The notes under the pieces: model-generated
Told to the model about the DNA's origin: nothing
Database searches by the model: none
Seen by the model: only the letters and a program-made list of their open reading frames with translations
Translations under genes and position numbers: made by a program
Shown here: positions 8,431 to 16,207 of the stretch, piece after piece
How the letters are laid out: the number at the start of each line of letters is the position of its first letter
How positions within the stretch are numbered: position 1 is the first letter of the stretch
IMG/VR virus record: IMGVR_UViG_3300035696_001272
DNA: 64,000 nt
Direction: 5' to 3' (one strand)
Source of the DNA: a virus
Lineage: Duplodnaviria; Heunggongvirae; Uroviricota; Caudoviricetes

Positions 8431-9947
8431 TGTATGTGCAAGATATAGACAAATATAGTGTCGTATTGACTGACGAAGCAATCAATTTTGTAGTAGATTT
8501 AGTAGAAAAGTTTTCTCCTAGAGTCAAATCAATATTAGGGCTGCGTCAGCTTATGGCTGGTAAAAGGCCCAGTTTCTTAGCTTATTCCTCTTATATTCGA
8601 GAATCTGATTGGACTGTTGCACCATTACCAGCGGACCTATTAGATAGGCGAGTTGAGATTACTGGACCAACAGATCGCAAGATGATCATCAATGCACTCA
8701 ATTCTGGTGCCAATGTTTTCATGGCCGACTTGGAGGACTCTAATTCTCCAACCTGGGAAAACATGATGCAAGGTCAGATTAATTTGATGGATGCCGTCCG
8801 TCGCACTATTATCTTTACTTCTGAAGCAGGTAAGCTCTATCAACTCAATGAAAAGACTGCTGTTTTAATGGTAAGGCCACGAGGCTGGCATTTAGTAGAA
8901 AAACATTTTCTGGTCAACGATCAGCCTATTCCAGGCGCTTTGTTAGACTTTGGGCTGTACTTTTTCCATAATGCCAAAGAGTTGATGGCTCGTGGTACCG
9001 CTCCATATTTTTATCTTCCCAAGATGGAAAATCATCTGGAGGCCAAATTATGGAACGATATTTTCACATACGCTCAAGCTAAGCTTGGTATTCCAGTTGG
9101 AACCATTAAAGCTACTTGCCTAATCGAAACTATTAGTGCTGCCTTTGAAATGAATGAAATCTTATGGGAATTGAAAGATCATTCGGCTGGCCTCAATTGT
9201 GGTCGTTGGGATTACATTTTTAGCTTCATTAAGAGATTTGCCAAAGATCCAAATTTTATCCTGCCAGATCGTTCTCAGTTGACCATGGACAAGGGCTTTC
9301 TCAATGCTTACGTTCGTCTCTTAATACAGACCTGTCATCGAAGAAATGTGCATGCTATGGGTGGAATGGCGGCGCAAATCCCCATTAAAAACGATGAGAT
9401 GGCAAATAAGAAAGCTCTTGCTAAAGTGGCTTCCGACAAAATGCGTGAGGTTCAGGCCGGTCATGATGGTACTTGGGTCGCTCATCCTGGATTAGTTTCA
9501 TTGGCCCGTGATATTTTTGACCATGATATGCCTGCATCTAATCAAATACAGAAGATACCTAGCTATGTTGTAACAGAAGCGGATCTGTTAACAGTTCAAG
9601 AAGGAACCTACACCGAAGAAGGCTTGCGACACAATATTAGGGTAGGCGTTATTTATTTAGAATCTTGGTTGAATGGAAATGGTTGCGTGCCAATATATAA
9701 TCTAATGGAGGACGCGGCCACAGCAGAACTGTCTCGCGCCCAGGTTTGGCAAGGCATCTATCACCAGGTTATAATAGGTGACAAACCATTAACCAAGGAG
9801 CTTTTCTTACAGATTCTTGATGAAGAAATGAATAACATTCAAAAGGGCAATCGCTTCTTAGAAGCCCGCGAATTATTTATTAAATTATCAACGGCCCCAG
9901 AATTTGAAGAATTTCTTACACTTATAGCTTATAATAACTTGACATAA
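8430..9947 (+). CDS. aceB: malate synthase A
   Basis: TAATG overlap; 505 aa; FMADLEDSNSPTW, YFYLPKMEN, GTIKATCLIET, GLNCGRWDYIFS, GGMAAQIP, GHDGTWVAHPGL, EDAATAELSRAQVWQ colinear with E. coli AceB. Confidence 0.9.
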   Translation: MYVQDIDKYSVVLTDEAINFVVDLVEKFSPRVKSILGLRQLMAGKRPSFLAYSSYIRESDWTVAPLPADLLDRRVEITGPTDRKMIINALNSGANVFMADLEDSNSPTWENMMQGQINLMDAVRRTIIFTSEAGKLYQLNEKTAVLMVRPRGWHLVEKHFLVNDQPIPGALLDFGLYFFHNAKELMARGTAPYFYLPKMENHLEAKLWNDIFTYAQAKLGIPVGTIKATCLIETISAAFEMNEILWELKDHSAGLNCGRWDYIFSFIKRFAKDPNFILPDRSQLTMDKGFLNAYVRLLIQTCHRRNVHAMGGMAAQIPIKNDEMANKKALAKVASDKMREVQAGHDGTWVAHPGLVSLARDIFDHDMPASNQIQKIPSYVVTEADLLTVQEGTYTEEGLRHNIRVGVIYLESWLNGNGCVPIYNLMEDAATAELSRAQVWQGIYHQVIIGDKPLTKELFLQILDEEMNNIQKGNRFLEARELFIKLSTAPEFEEFLTLIAYNNLT

Positions 9948-9954
9948 TAGTATT

Positions 9955-10041
9955 GCCATTGTGGCGGAACAGGCAGACGCGCTGGTCTCAAAAATCAGTG
10001 TCCGCAAGGACGTGTGGGTTCGACTCCCACCAATGGCACCA
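9955..10041 (+). tRNA. tRNA-Leu(CAA), type II, encoded CCA
   Basis: Acceptor GCCATTG/CAATGGC; anticodon stem CTGGT/ATCAG with loop CTCAAAA; long variable arm; T-arm GGGTTCGACTCCC; architecture as E. coli tRNA-Leu. Confidence 0.8.
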
Positions 10042-10072
10042 AGATTCTTGATTTATATTATAGGAAGGTCAT

Positions 10073-11473
10073 ATGGCTGATAAAGACGTTCAGGTCTGGA
10101 GAGAAGGCTCTTCAGGCGAACCCAAGTTTCCAGTTAAGTTTGATGTTCTGAAGAAAGCAATTCTTCAAGTAACTGATATCGGTACCAATCGTAATAAGTA
10201 TTATGCCATCGAGTTACATGAGGCTGGTAACAAATACCGAGTCTATACTCATTATGGACGAACGGACGATTTAGATTCTAATCCTGATGCTGGCATTCGT
10301 GAATGTCGTTATCCAGTAAATCTAATTCATGCTGAGAATTTGTATGAAAAGATTTACAAAGAGAAAACTTCTGCTCGTAAAGGTTACAAGGAATTAAATG
10401 TGGCTTCAGCCAAAATTGGTTCCAAACAAACTCTTGGTAAGAGTAGCGGTGAAGTAGACGACAAGACTCTCAAGAAGATGGCTAAAGTTCAGGCAACTGT
10501 AGTCAAAGATGCAGCTCCACCCGTTGCTATTCCTAAAGAGGTTCAGAAGCTAGTTACTCATTTATATGATGAAGCAACTAAGACACTGACTAAAAAGGTT
10601 AATGCTACAATTACCGCTAACGGTATCGAAACTCCTCTTGGTGTTTTGACAATCGGCCAGATCGAAAAGGGCGAAAAGATTCTAGAAGAAATTGCATCTT
10701 CCCTCAAAAAGAAAAACGATGTTCTCTCTAATTTGAGTGGGCAATTCTACACGGTTATTCCCCATAAATTGGGACGTTCTAAAATTGATGTTTTAGATGC
10801 CATTATCAATACAACATCCAAAGTTAAGGAAAAAGAGGATACCTTGCAACTCATGCGAGATATGCTTAACGTAAGCGGTAAAGGCGCAAACGTTTTAGCC
10901 AATCCCAAAGTTGAAAAGCAGTATCTGGCCCTCGGTTGTGAAATTGGTTACCTGGATAAAAACCATGACGATTTCAAGAAGATCAAATCTTCTGTTAAGG
11001 GTTACAGTAACTCTATCAAAAACATTTTCACCATAAAGAGACCTGACGAGCACAAAGCCTTCACCACCAACATTTCTAACCATAAACTCTTGTTCCATGG
11101 TTCTGGTGCCCACAATTGGGTTGGTATTCTGTCTCGTGGCTTGATGTTACCAAAGATGGTCACTAAATTTGGAGTTCATCGTACTGATGAGGGTTGGTTA
11201 GGTCACGGCATTTATTTCGGAGACGTTATCGACACCGCTCTAAATTATGCTTCCAGCGGTAAATTAGACTCTACTTTCGTAGCCATTGCTAAAGTGGCTT
11301 TAGGCAAGATTAAGAAATACAAAGTAGTTACTTATGGTTTAACTTCTCCTCCAAAGGGATACCATAGTTGTCATGGTGACCCAACTGGATATTCAGAGTT
11401 TGATGATCATGAATTTGTTATCTATGATACGAAACAGCAGCGTTTGGAGTATTTACTAGAACTCGACTGGTGA
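10073..11473 (+). CDS. PARP-like ADP-ribosyltransferase (WGR - helical regulatory - catalytic domain)
   Basis: GGAAGG RBS; WGR-like NKYYAIELHEAGNKYRVYTHYGRTD; helical-domain LSGQFYTVIPHKLG; catalytic HGSGAHNWVGILSRGL, GHGIYFGD, HEFVIYD (H-Y-E triad). Confidence 0.7.
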   Translation: MADKDVQVWREGSSGEPKFPVKFDVLKKAILQVTDIGTNRNKYYAIELHEAGNKYRVYTHYGRTDDLDSNPDAGIRECRYPVNLIHAENLYEKIYKEKTSARKGYKELNVASAKIGSKQTLGKSSGEVDDKTLKKMAKVQATVVKDAAPPVAIPKEVQKLVTHLYDEATKTLTKKVNATITANGIETPLGVLTIGQIEKGEKILEEIASSLKKKNDVLSNLSGQFYTVIPHKLGRSKIDVLDAIINTTSKVKEKEDTLQLMRDMLNVSGKGANVLANPKVEKQYLALGCEIGYLDKNHDDFKKIKSSVKGYSNSIKNIFTIKRPDEHKAFTTNISNHKLLFHGSGAHNWVGILSRGLMLPKMVTKFGVHRTDEGWLGHGIYFGDVIDTALNYASSGKLDSTFVAIAKVALGKIKKYKVVTYGLTSPPKGYHSCHGDPTGYSEFDDHEFVIYDTKQQRLEYLLELDW

Positions 11474-11477
11474 AGAC

Positions 11478-11939
11478 ATGAATTTAAGAAATTTGTTGAC
11501 CTTGACAATTCAAAGATTAAGTTTTAACTTGGTTGCTCAACGTCCCGGCCTCGTGGAAGAACTCCGCAAATTAACTATAGAGCCATTCTCAGGAATGAAT
11601 CATGAGTTAAATTGGATGCTTAGAGAGGCTAAAGAGCGAGAGATTGATTGCGATATATTTTTAGCTTATCGCTCTCAAAGTCTAGTCGGTTGGGCACTCT
11701 TGTCAAAAGAAGACACTGATTTCGTCTTTGCCAACTCTTATGAGCCTTTCAGGTCTGAAAATGGTTGGCTCTTTCAAGTGTTCATTGACCCTGACCATCG
11801 GAGACAAGGAATTGCCTCTGAACTGTTAAAGAGAGCCCAAAATCTAATTGGAGACGGCACCCTTTGTATCTGTCCCTGGGACGAAGTAAGTAGAGGGTTT
11901 TACAGTTCACTCAATCTTAGTAATGCGAGACACTTATGA
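11478..11939 (+). CDS. GNAT-family N-acetyltransferase
   Basis: FQVFIDPDHRRQGIASELLKRA motif A. Confidence 0.55.
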   Translation: MNLRNLLTLTIQRLSFNLVAQRPGLVEELRKLTIEPFSGMNHELNWMLREAKEREIDCDIFLAYRSQSLVGWALLSKEDTDFVFANSYEPFRSENGWLFQVFIDPDHRRQGIASELLKRAQNLIGDGTLCICPWDEVSRGFYSSLNLSNARHL

Positions 11940-12511
11940 TATACAACACCATTGAAGAACTGGCCAAATATCTAGAAAGTTATAATTTGCCTTATAGGCA
12001 TCTTGTAGCAACGTCTGGCGGCTTCGATCCCATTCACATCGGGCACTTACGCTGCATCCAGCAATCCAAGCAAAGTCTTCACGATATTTTGGTAGTGATT
12101 GTTAACGGTGATGGATTCCTCACTCGTAAGAAGGGTAAGCCCTTCATGCCTCTTGCTGAGCGTATGGAGATAATTGATGGCCTTCGTGGTGTTGATTTTG
12201 TCACCACTTGGGATGATGGCTCACAGAATGTTATAGGTGCCCTGGAAATTCTAAAACCACATCTTTTCGCTAAGGGTGGTGATAGGTCTTCGGCTGATAA
12301 GGTTCCCGAAGCTGAAGTTTGCGCCAAAATTGGTTGCACGATTTTGTATGGTGTTGGTGGAACTGATAAGGTTCAATCAAGTAGCAACCTTATCAAAAAC
12401 TCAAAAGAAGATAAAATCAAATATCTTGATCCTAATTGTGAACATAATTGGGTATTGGATGGACATAATGCTGGTGAAGGCATTTGCTCCAAGTGTTTGA
12501 AGAGAGAATAA
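11936..12511 (+). CDS. cytidylyltransferase-superfamily nucleotidyltransferase, HldE/RfaE domain II (heptose-1-P adenylyltransferase)-like
   Basis: ATGA overlap; GGFDPIHIGH (HxGH); VNGDGFLTRKKGKPFMPLAERMEIIDGLRGVDFV and FAKGGD...SSSNLIKN parallel E. coli HldE C-domain ([36 protein letters not shown]...VKGGD...STTNIIKK). Confidence 0.55.
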   Translation: MIYNTIEELAKYLESYNLPYRHLVATSGGFDPIHIGHLRCIQQSKQSLHDILVVIVNGDGFLTRKKGKPFMPLAERMEIIDGLRGVDFVTTWDDGSQNVIGALEILKPHLFAKGGDRSSADKVPEAEVCAKIGCTILYGVGGTDKVQSSSNLIKNSKEDKIKYLDPNCEHNWVLDGHNAGEGICSKCLKRE

Positions 12512-12525
12512 AACATAGCAATAAT

Positions 12526-12535
12526 CTGATATATA
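12526..12535 (+). promoter_or_regulatory. extended -10 element CTGATATATA upstream of the tRNA-Leu cluster
   Basis: TGnTATATA 11 nt before the first tRNA; an identical 10-mer recurs at 15488 before the second tRNA cluster. Confidence 0.4.
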
Positions 12536-12546
12536 CAACACACAAT

Positions 12547-12630
12547 GCTACCGTGGTGGAATGGCAGACACGCTGGTCTTAGAAGCCAGTGCCGCGAGGC
12601 GTGAAGGTTCGAGTCCTTTCGGTAGCACCA
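12547..12630 (+). tRNA. tRNA-Leu(UAG), type II, encoded CCA
   Basis: Acceptor GCTACCG/CGGTAGC; anticodon loop CTTAGAA; long variable arm. Confidence 0.8.
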
Positions 12631-12633
12631 ATT

Positions 12634-12720
12634 GTTCATGTGGTGGAATGGCAGACACACTAGTCTCAGAAGCTAGGGTCCGTAAGGACATTGAGGGTTC
12701 AAGTCCCTCCAGGAACACCA
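12634..12720 (+). tRNA. tRNA-Leu(CAG), type II, encoded CCA (A-G mismatch at acceptor pair 5-68)
   Basis: Acceptor GTTCATG/CAGGAAC; anticodon stem CTAGT/GCTAG with loop CTCAGAA. Confidence 0.7.
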
Positions 12721-12726
12721 AAATAT

Positions 12727-12813
12727 CTCATCGTGGTGGAATGGTATACACACTAGGCTGAGAACCTAGGGCTCGAAAGGGCCGTGAGGGTTCGAGTCCC
12801 TCCGATGAGACCA
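12727..12813 (+). tRNA. tRNA-Leu(GAG), type II, encoded CCA
   Basis: Acceptor CTCATCG/CGATGAG; anticodon stem CTAGG/CCTAG with loop CTGAGAA. Confidence 0.75.
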
Positions 12814-12824
12814 AGGAAGTTATT

Positions 12825-13109
12825 ATGTTATTCGATGAATTCTGTGAATGTCGCTGCCATACAAGCGGCAATATCAAGTATATTGTAGCTTGCTGCCATA
12901 CTTGTTCTTATTGTCATAAGAAAGTTAAGACGCATGCTTATGTTGAACATCAAAAGGAATGTTCTGATAAGCACGATCCAAAAATAAATGGTGTGCGACT
13001 AACAGAGATTCTAAGTGCTCTCAAAACACTTGAAGATGCCGATATTGATATCACTAGCATCAGCGCTCAGGTTAGCAAGTTATTTGCCAGCGCATTGAGC
13101 GAAGAATAA
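12825..13109 (+). CDS. hypothetical Cys-rich zinc-finger protein
   Basis: AAGGAAG RBS; CECRCH...CCHTCSYCH. Confidence 0.4.
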   Translation: MLFDEFCECRCHTSGNIKYIVACCHTCSYCHKKVKTHAYVEHQKECSDKHDPKINGVRLTEILSALKTLEDADIDITSISAQVSKLFASALSEE

Positions 13110-14057
13110 TCAGAATCCAGGTCCAAAGTCACCAGGCTTGCGCTGTTGTTGCCGTTGTTGCTGGGGCTGTTGTGCTTGTTGTTGCTTTTGCTTTTGTCTC
13201 GTATTCATGTAGACATTAGCATTATCATCATAGACCATAGCTTTTCCAGTAGCAAACTCAGGTTCACGCTTCAAATACTCAAAGGCTAATTCGTTGCTTA
13301 TGCCCGGATTATCTACGCTTTTCTTATAGATATCTAATGCGGACTGTGTGATGTGGCCTAATGCTCCATCTGTGTTTACTCCCAACATAGCCTGAAACTT
13401 TTTGTCAATTGGCGGATACTTTGACTTATGTTGTTGGGCCACAGGTGCCTGTTGCACTTTTGGAGGCATTATATTCACGTTACTGAACATTGTAGGAATG
13501 CCGCCACCAAACCATGGAGTTGGAGTTTGTTGCGTCTGAGCTTCTTTTACAGACCCACTTTTAACTTTTTTTTTAGAAAGATCGCATCCGATCTTGTGCT
13601 CTAGGTGCTCTAGATCAAGACCTTTGCCGCCACACTCTGGACACCTTGCTTCAGGCATAAAATTGGCGTACTTAGAAAGCAACAAGTCAATTTCCTCAAA
13701 AGAAGACTTTTTAGACTTCTTATCACTCTTACCAATAGATGGATACTTAGAATGAACTTTACGGCTTACCAAAGCTTGTAATCCCTTTAGAGAGCCCTTG
13801 TACCATTCTGGCACAGAGCTATATTGATGAACACGAGCTAAAGCATTACGTGCTTGATCTTCGTCATTAATTGGAAAATGATCTTTTTTATCCTTAGCTG
13901 ATTCAGCTGGTACACAGACAGTTCCTCTATTACGGACCTTAGCCTTTGGATCTAGCTTCTTCTTTTCCTTTTTCTTAGCTGTGGCAAGCAAGGATTCAGT
14001 AGCTAAATGTTCATAATTTACGGCCATTTTAATTAATTGGTCTGGACTGTAGGACAT
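13110..14057 (-). CDS. hypothetical protein (Lys-rich with Gln-rich C-terminal tail; CPECGGKG knuckle)
   Basis: 315 aa minus-strand ORF starting with ATG (MSYSP) between two plus-strand genes. Confidence 0.45.
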   Translation of the reverse strand: MSYSPDQLIKMAVNYEHLATESLLATAKKKEKKKLDPKAKVRNRGTVCVPAESAKDKKDHFPINDEDQARNALARVHQYSSVPEWYKGSLKGLQALVSRKVHSKYPSIGKSDKKSKKSSFEEIDLLLSKYANFMPEARCPECGGKGLDLEHLEHKIGCDLSKKKVKSGSVKEAQTQQTPTPWFGGGIPTMFSNVNIMPPKVQQAPVAQQHKSKYPPIDKKFQAMLGVNTDGALGHITQSALDIYKKSVDNPGISNELAFEYLKREPEFATGKAMVYDDNANVYMNTRQKQKQQQAQQPQQQRQQQRKPGDFGPGF

Positions 14058-14102
14058 TAAAAACCTCGATATATTCTGTATACTAATAATTAGGCAATAT
14101 TA

Positions 14103-14636
14103 TTGCTACATTTATGGTGTTCATTCGTGGTTGCATTTAATAACGAAGAAAGTTTGTTAGCTTGGGCAGCGGGCCTGTTCGATGGTGAAGGAACCATTTA
14201 TTCTGCTAATGGTAGGGTTAGAGCTTCTGTGCATATGACTGACCTTGATGTATTAGAAACTTTTCATTCTAATTTCGGTGGAGCCATACATAAATGTAAG
14301 AAGCAAAAAGAACATCATAAGGAATCTTGGCGATGGTCATTACAAGCCTCTAGTGAGGCCGTGAATTTTCTGAAAAAGATTTTACCGTTTTTACATAATC
14401 GAAGGACAAAGAGAGCAAAAGAAGCGATAGAATACTATAACATAGTGGAACAGCAACAAAAAGACAAACAAGGTAAAGTATTAGAGTTAAGAAGTAAAAT
14501 TGCAAAAATGAGTAAAAGTGGTATGACGCACAAGGACATATCAATATTATTCAATGTAGATAGAAGTTATGTAACACGTATTTTGAATGGAAAATATGGT
14601 GATGTGAGGGAGCTGGTTGAACCCGGTACTCTGTGA
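14103..14636 (+). CDS. LAGLIDADG-type homing endonuclease with C-terminal HTH (non-ATG start; exact 5' end uncertain)
   Basis: LLAWAAGLFDGEGTIYS LAGLIDADG-like motif; C-terminal GMTHKDISILFNVDRSYVTRIL HTH; the 3' end overlaps tRNA-His. Confidence 0.5.
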   Translation: MLHLWCSFVVAFNNEESLLAWAAGLFDGEGTIYSANGRVRASVHMTDLDVLETFHSNFGGAIHKCKKQKEHHKESWRWSLQASSEAVNFLKKILPFLHNRRTKRAKEAIEYYNIVEQQQKDKQGKVLELRSKIAKMSKSGMTHKDISILFNVDRSYVTRILNGKYGDVRELVEPGTL

Positions 14637-14675
14637 AAGTATCTCTGACGGGATCGTAACCCGTACATCACCCCA
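14598..14675 (+). tRNA. tRNA-His(GUG) with encoded G-1 and CCA
   Basis: G-1 then acceptor GTGATGT/ACATCAC; discriminator C; anticodon stem GTACT/AGTAT with loop CTGTGAA; T-arm ACGGGATCGTAACCCGT. Confidence 0.75.
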
Positions 14676-14678
14676 ACT

Positions 14679-14752
14679 GGTCTGTTCGTCTAATGGTAGG
14701 ACAAAGCGCTTTCAATGCTTGAACAGGAGATCGATACTCCTACAGATCACCA
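14679..14752 (+). tRNA. tRNA-Glu(UUC), encoded CCA
   Basis: Acceptor GGTCTGT/ACAGATC; D-arm GTCTAATGGTAGGAC; anticodon stem AAGCG/TGCTT with loop CTTTCAA. Confidence 0.75.
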
Positions 14753-14974
14753 ATGAAAAAACTTGCTTTCTTAGTAGTACTTGGATTTATCTTTGTTGCT
14801 TGTCATACAAATATTACTGCAGCCAATGCGCCAAAGGGATCTATTTTATGCGGTAATGATTCGGGATGTCCAGATGATTACTACTGTGGATTTGCTGGAG
14901 TAGATCAGCCAGCCACTTGTATTTATTCTCCTGGTTATCAAATAATGGAGTGGGAAAGCCACACAGGTCGTTAA
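14753..14974 (+). CDS. small secreted Cys-rich protein, probable lipoprotein
   Basis: MKKLAFLVVLGFIFVAC signal peptide with lipobox-like VAC; 8 Cys in 73 aa. Confidence 0.45.
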   Translation: MKKLAFLVVLGFIFVACHTNITAANAPKGSILCGNDSGCPDDYYCGFAGVDQPATCIYSPGYQIMEWESHTGR

Positions 14975-14979
14975 TAAAC

Positions 14980-15055
14980 GGCCCCATCATCTAATGGTTT
15001 AGGATGAGAGACCTTCACTCTCTTCATATGGGTTCGAATCCCATTGGGGTCGCCA
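14980..15055 (+). tRNA. tRNA-Glu(UUC)-like with a noncanonical anticodon loop CCTTCAC (C at position 33), encoded CCA
   Basis: Acceptor GGCCCCA/TGGGGTC; Glu-type D-arm ATCTAATGGTTTAGGAT; anticodon stem AGAGA/TCTCT; T-arm ATGGGTTCGAATCCCAT. The alternative register gives loop ACCTTCA (Lys CUU), also with C33. Confidence 0.55.
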
Positions 15056-15463
15056 ATGAAGTATTTTTTATTTTTAAGTCTATTGTTAGCTTTTAGTTGT
15101 ACACAAAATACTCCTGCTGTTCCTTTATTGGAAACTTCACCAGTTCCCGTACAAGTTGCTTTAGGTACCGATGGTAAATTATATTGGCGCTGTCAGTTAC
15201 AAGGATTGAATCAAGACTCAGTGCGAGTCAGTTGTAATTTTCACAACCAATCTATCGATACTCTTAATAGCTGCATTAGAGTTTCCTATTACGATAATGC
15301 AGATGGCCATCTAGTTGCTCAAAGTCACCAAATTTGTTCTGGTTCTTTGACACCTGGCACTTCTAGTGATAAAGTAGCAATATTTATGGAAAATAGCCGC
15401 AGGGCTTTACAAAACTGCGGGGAATCGTTAAATTTGTGTGTGATGTTGGCGGGCGATCATTAA
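15056..15463 (+). CDS. secreted protein or lipoprotein
   Basis: MKYFLFLSLLLAFSCTQ signal peptide; 135 aa; several Cys. Confidence 0.45.
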   Translation: MKYFLFLSLLLAFSCTQNTPAVPLLETSPVPVQVALGTDGKLYWRCQLQGLNQDSVRVSCNFHNQSIDTLNSCIRVSYYDNADGHLVAQSHQICSGSLTPGTSSDKVAIFMENSRRALQNCGESLNLCVMLAGDH

Positions 15464-15487
15464 AGTAATAAATCGCCTACTAATAAG

Positions 15488-15497
15488 CTGATATATA
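15488..15497 (+). promoter_or_regulatory. extended -10 element CTGATATATA upstream of the second tRNA cluster
   Basis: Identical 10-mer to 12526; 9 nt before tRNA-Glu(CUC). Confidence 0.4.
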
Positions 15498-15506
15498 GGA
15501 TACACT

Positions 15507-15581
15507 GGCCCATTCGTCTAACGGTTAGGACGGCAGCCTCTCAAGTTGTTAATACGGGTTCGATTCCCGTATGGGTCGCCA
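15507..15581 (+). tRNA. tRNA-Glu(CUC), encoded CCA
   Basis: Acceptor GGCCCAT/ATGGGTC; D-arm GTCTAACGGTTAGGAC; anticodon stem GCAGC/GTTGT with loop CTCTCAA. Confidence 0.7.
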
Positions 15582-15592
15582 AGTAAGTTTAT

Positions 15593-15668
15593 GCGCCTGT
15601 AGCTCAATGGATAGAGCATTCGGTTTCTACCCGACAGGTTGGGGGTTCAAGTCCCTCCAGGCGTGCCA
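15593..15668 (+). tRNA. tRNA-Arg(UCU), encoded CCA
   Basis: Acceptor GCGCCTG/CAGGCGT; D-arm GCTCAATGGATAGAGC; loop TTTCTAC; 27-43 mismatch. Confidence 0.7.
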
Positions 15669-15679
15669 AGTTAATTTAT

Positions 15680-15755
15680 GTGCCTGTAGCTCAATGGATA
15701 GAGCGTTGGTCTACGAAACCAAAGGTTGTGAGTTCAACCCTCACCAGGCATACCA
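15680..15755 (+). tRNA. tRNA-Arg(ACG), encoded CCA
   Basis: Acceptor GTGCCTG/CAGGCAT; anticodon stem TTGGT/ACCAA with loop CTACGAA. Confidence 0.8.
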
Positions 15756-15757
15756 AA

Positions 15758-16204
15758 ATGAAAATCTGCACGAAGTGCAAATTCGATTATCCTGCACCAT
15801 TAGAAGAATATTTTAGTAAGAAGTCTTGCACTAAAGATGGGTTCCAATACCAATGCAAAAAGTGTTGGACAGATGCTCATAAAGAGCATTACAAAGAAAA
15901 TAAGACCTACTATAAAAAGAAAGCTCGCAAACATAACGCAGAGTATAGATTAAGAAATCTCCAATACATGGTAGATTATCTTAAAGAACATTCTTGTGTG
16001 GATTGCGGAGAAAATAATCCAATCTTACTAGATTTTGATCATGTCAGAGGCACTAAGATTACCAATGTTAGTAGAATGGTGTCATTGAATCCGAATTTGG
16101 AAGTAATCAAAGCAGAAATTGAAAAATGTGAAGTGCGCTGTGTAAAATGTCACAGACTAAAAACAGCCATTCAATTAGGGTGGTATAAAGGCATTAAGTT
16201 GTAA
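15758..16204 (+). CDS. HNH homing endonuclease
   Basis: Start taken at the ATG just after the tRNA CCA. Cys pairs CTKCKF...CKKC; HNH core CVDCGENNPILLDFDHVRGTK...CVKCHRLKT. Confidence 0.6.
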   Translation: MKICTKCKFDYPAPLEEYFSKKSCTKDGFQYQCKKCWTDAHKEHYKENKTYYKKKARKHNAEYRLRNLQYMVDYLKEHSCVDCGENNPILLDFDHVRGTKITNVSRMVSLNPNLEVIKAEIEKCEVRCVKCHRLKTAIQLGWYKGIKL

Positions 16205-16207
16205 TAC

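Noticed and set aside
14980-15055. Calling this tRNA as tRNA-Lys(CUU)
   Set aside because: The Lys register forces a weaker D-stem and still has C33. The D-arm, acceptor and T-arm match the Glu tRNAs in this island, so the Glu(UUC)-like register is preferred. The ambiguity is reported in the findings.
15571-15816. ORF MGRQVSLCACSSMDRAFGF... and the N-terminal 26 codons of the 15680..16204 ORF
   Set aside because: Both run straight through three tRNA genes. The 'SMDRA' peptides are translations of the tRNA D-arms. The HNH gene most plausibly starts at ATG 15758, just after the tRNA CCA.
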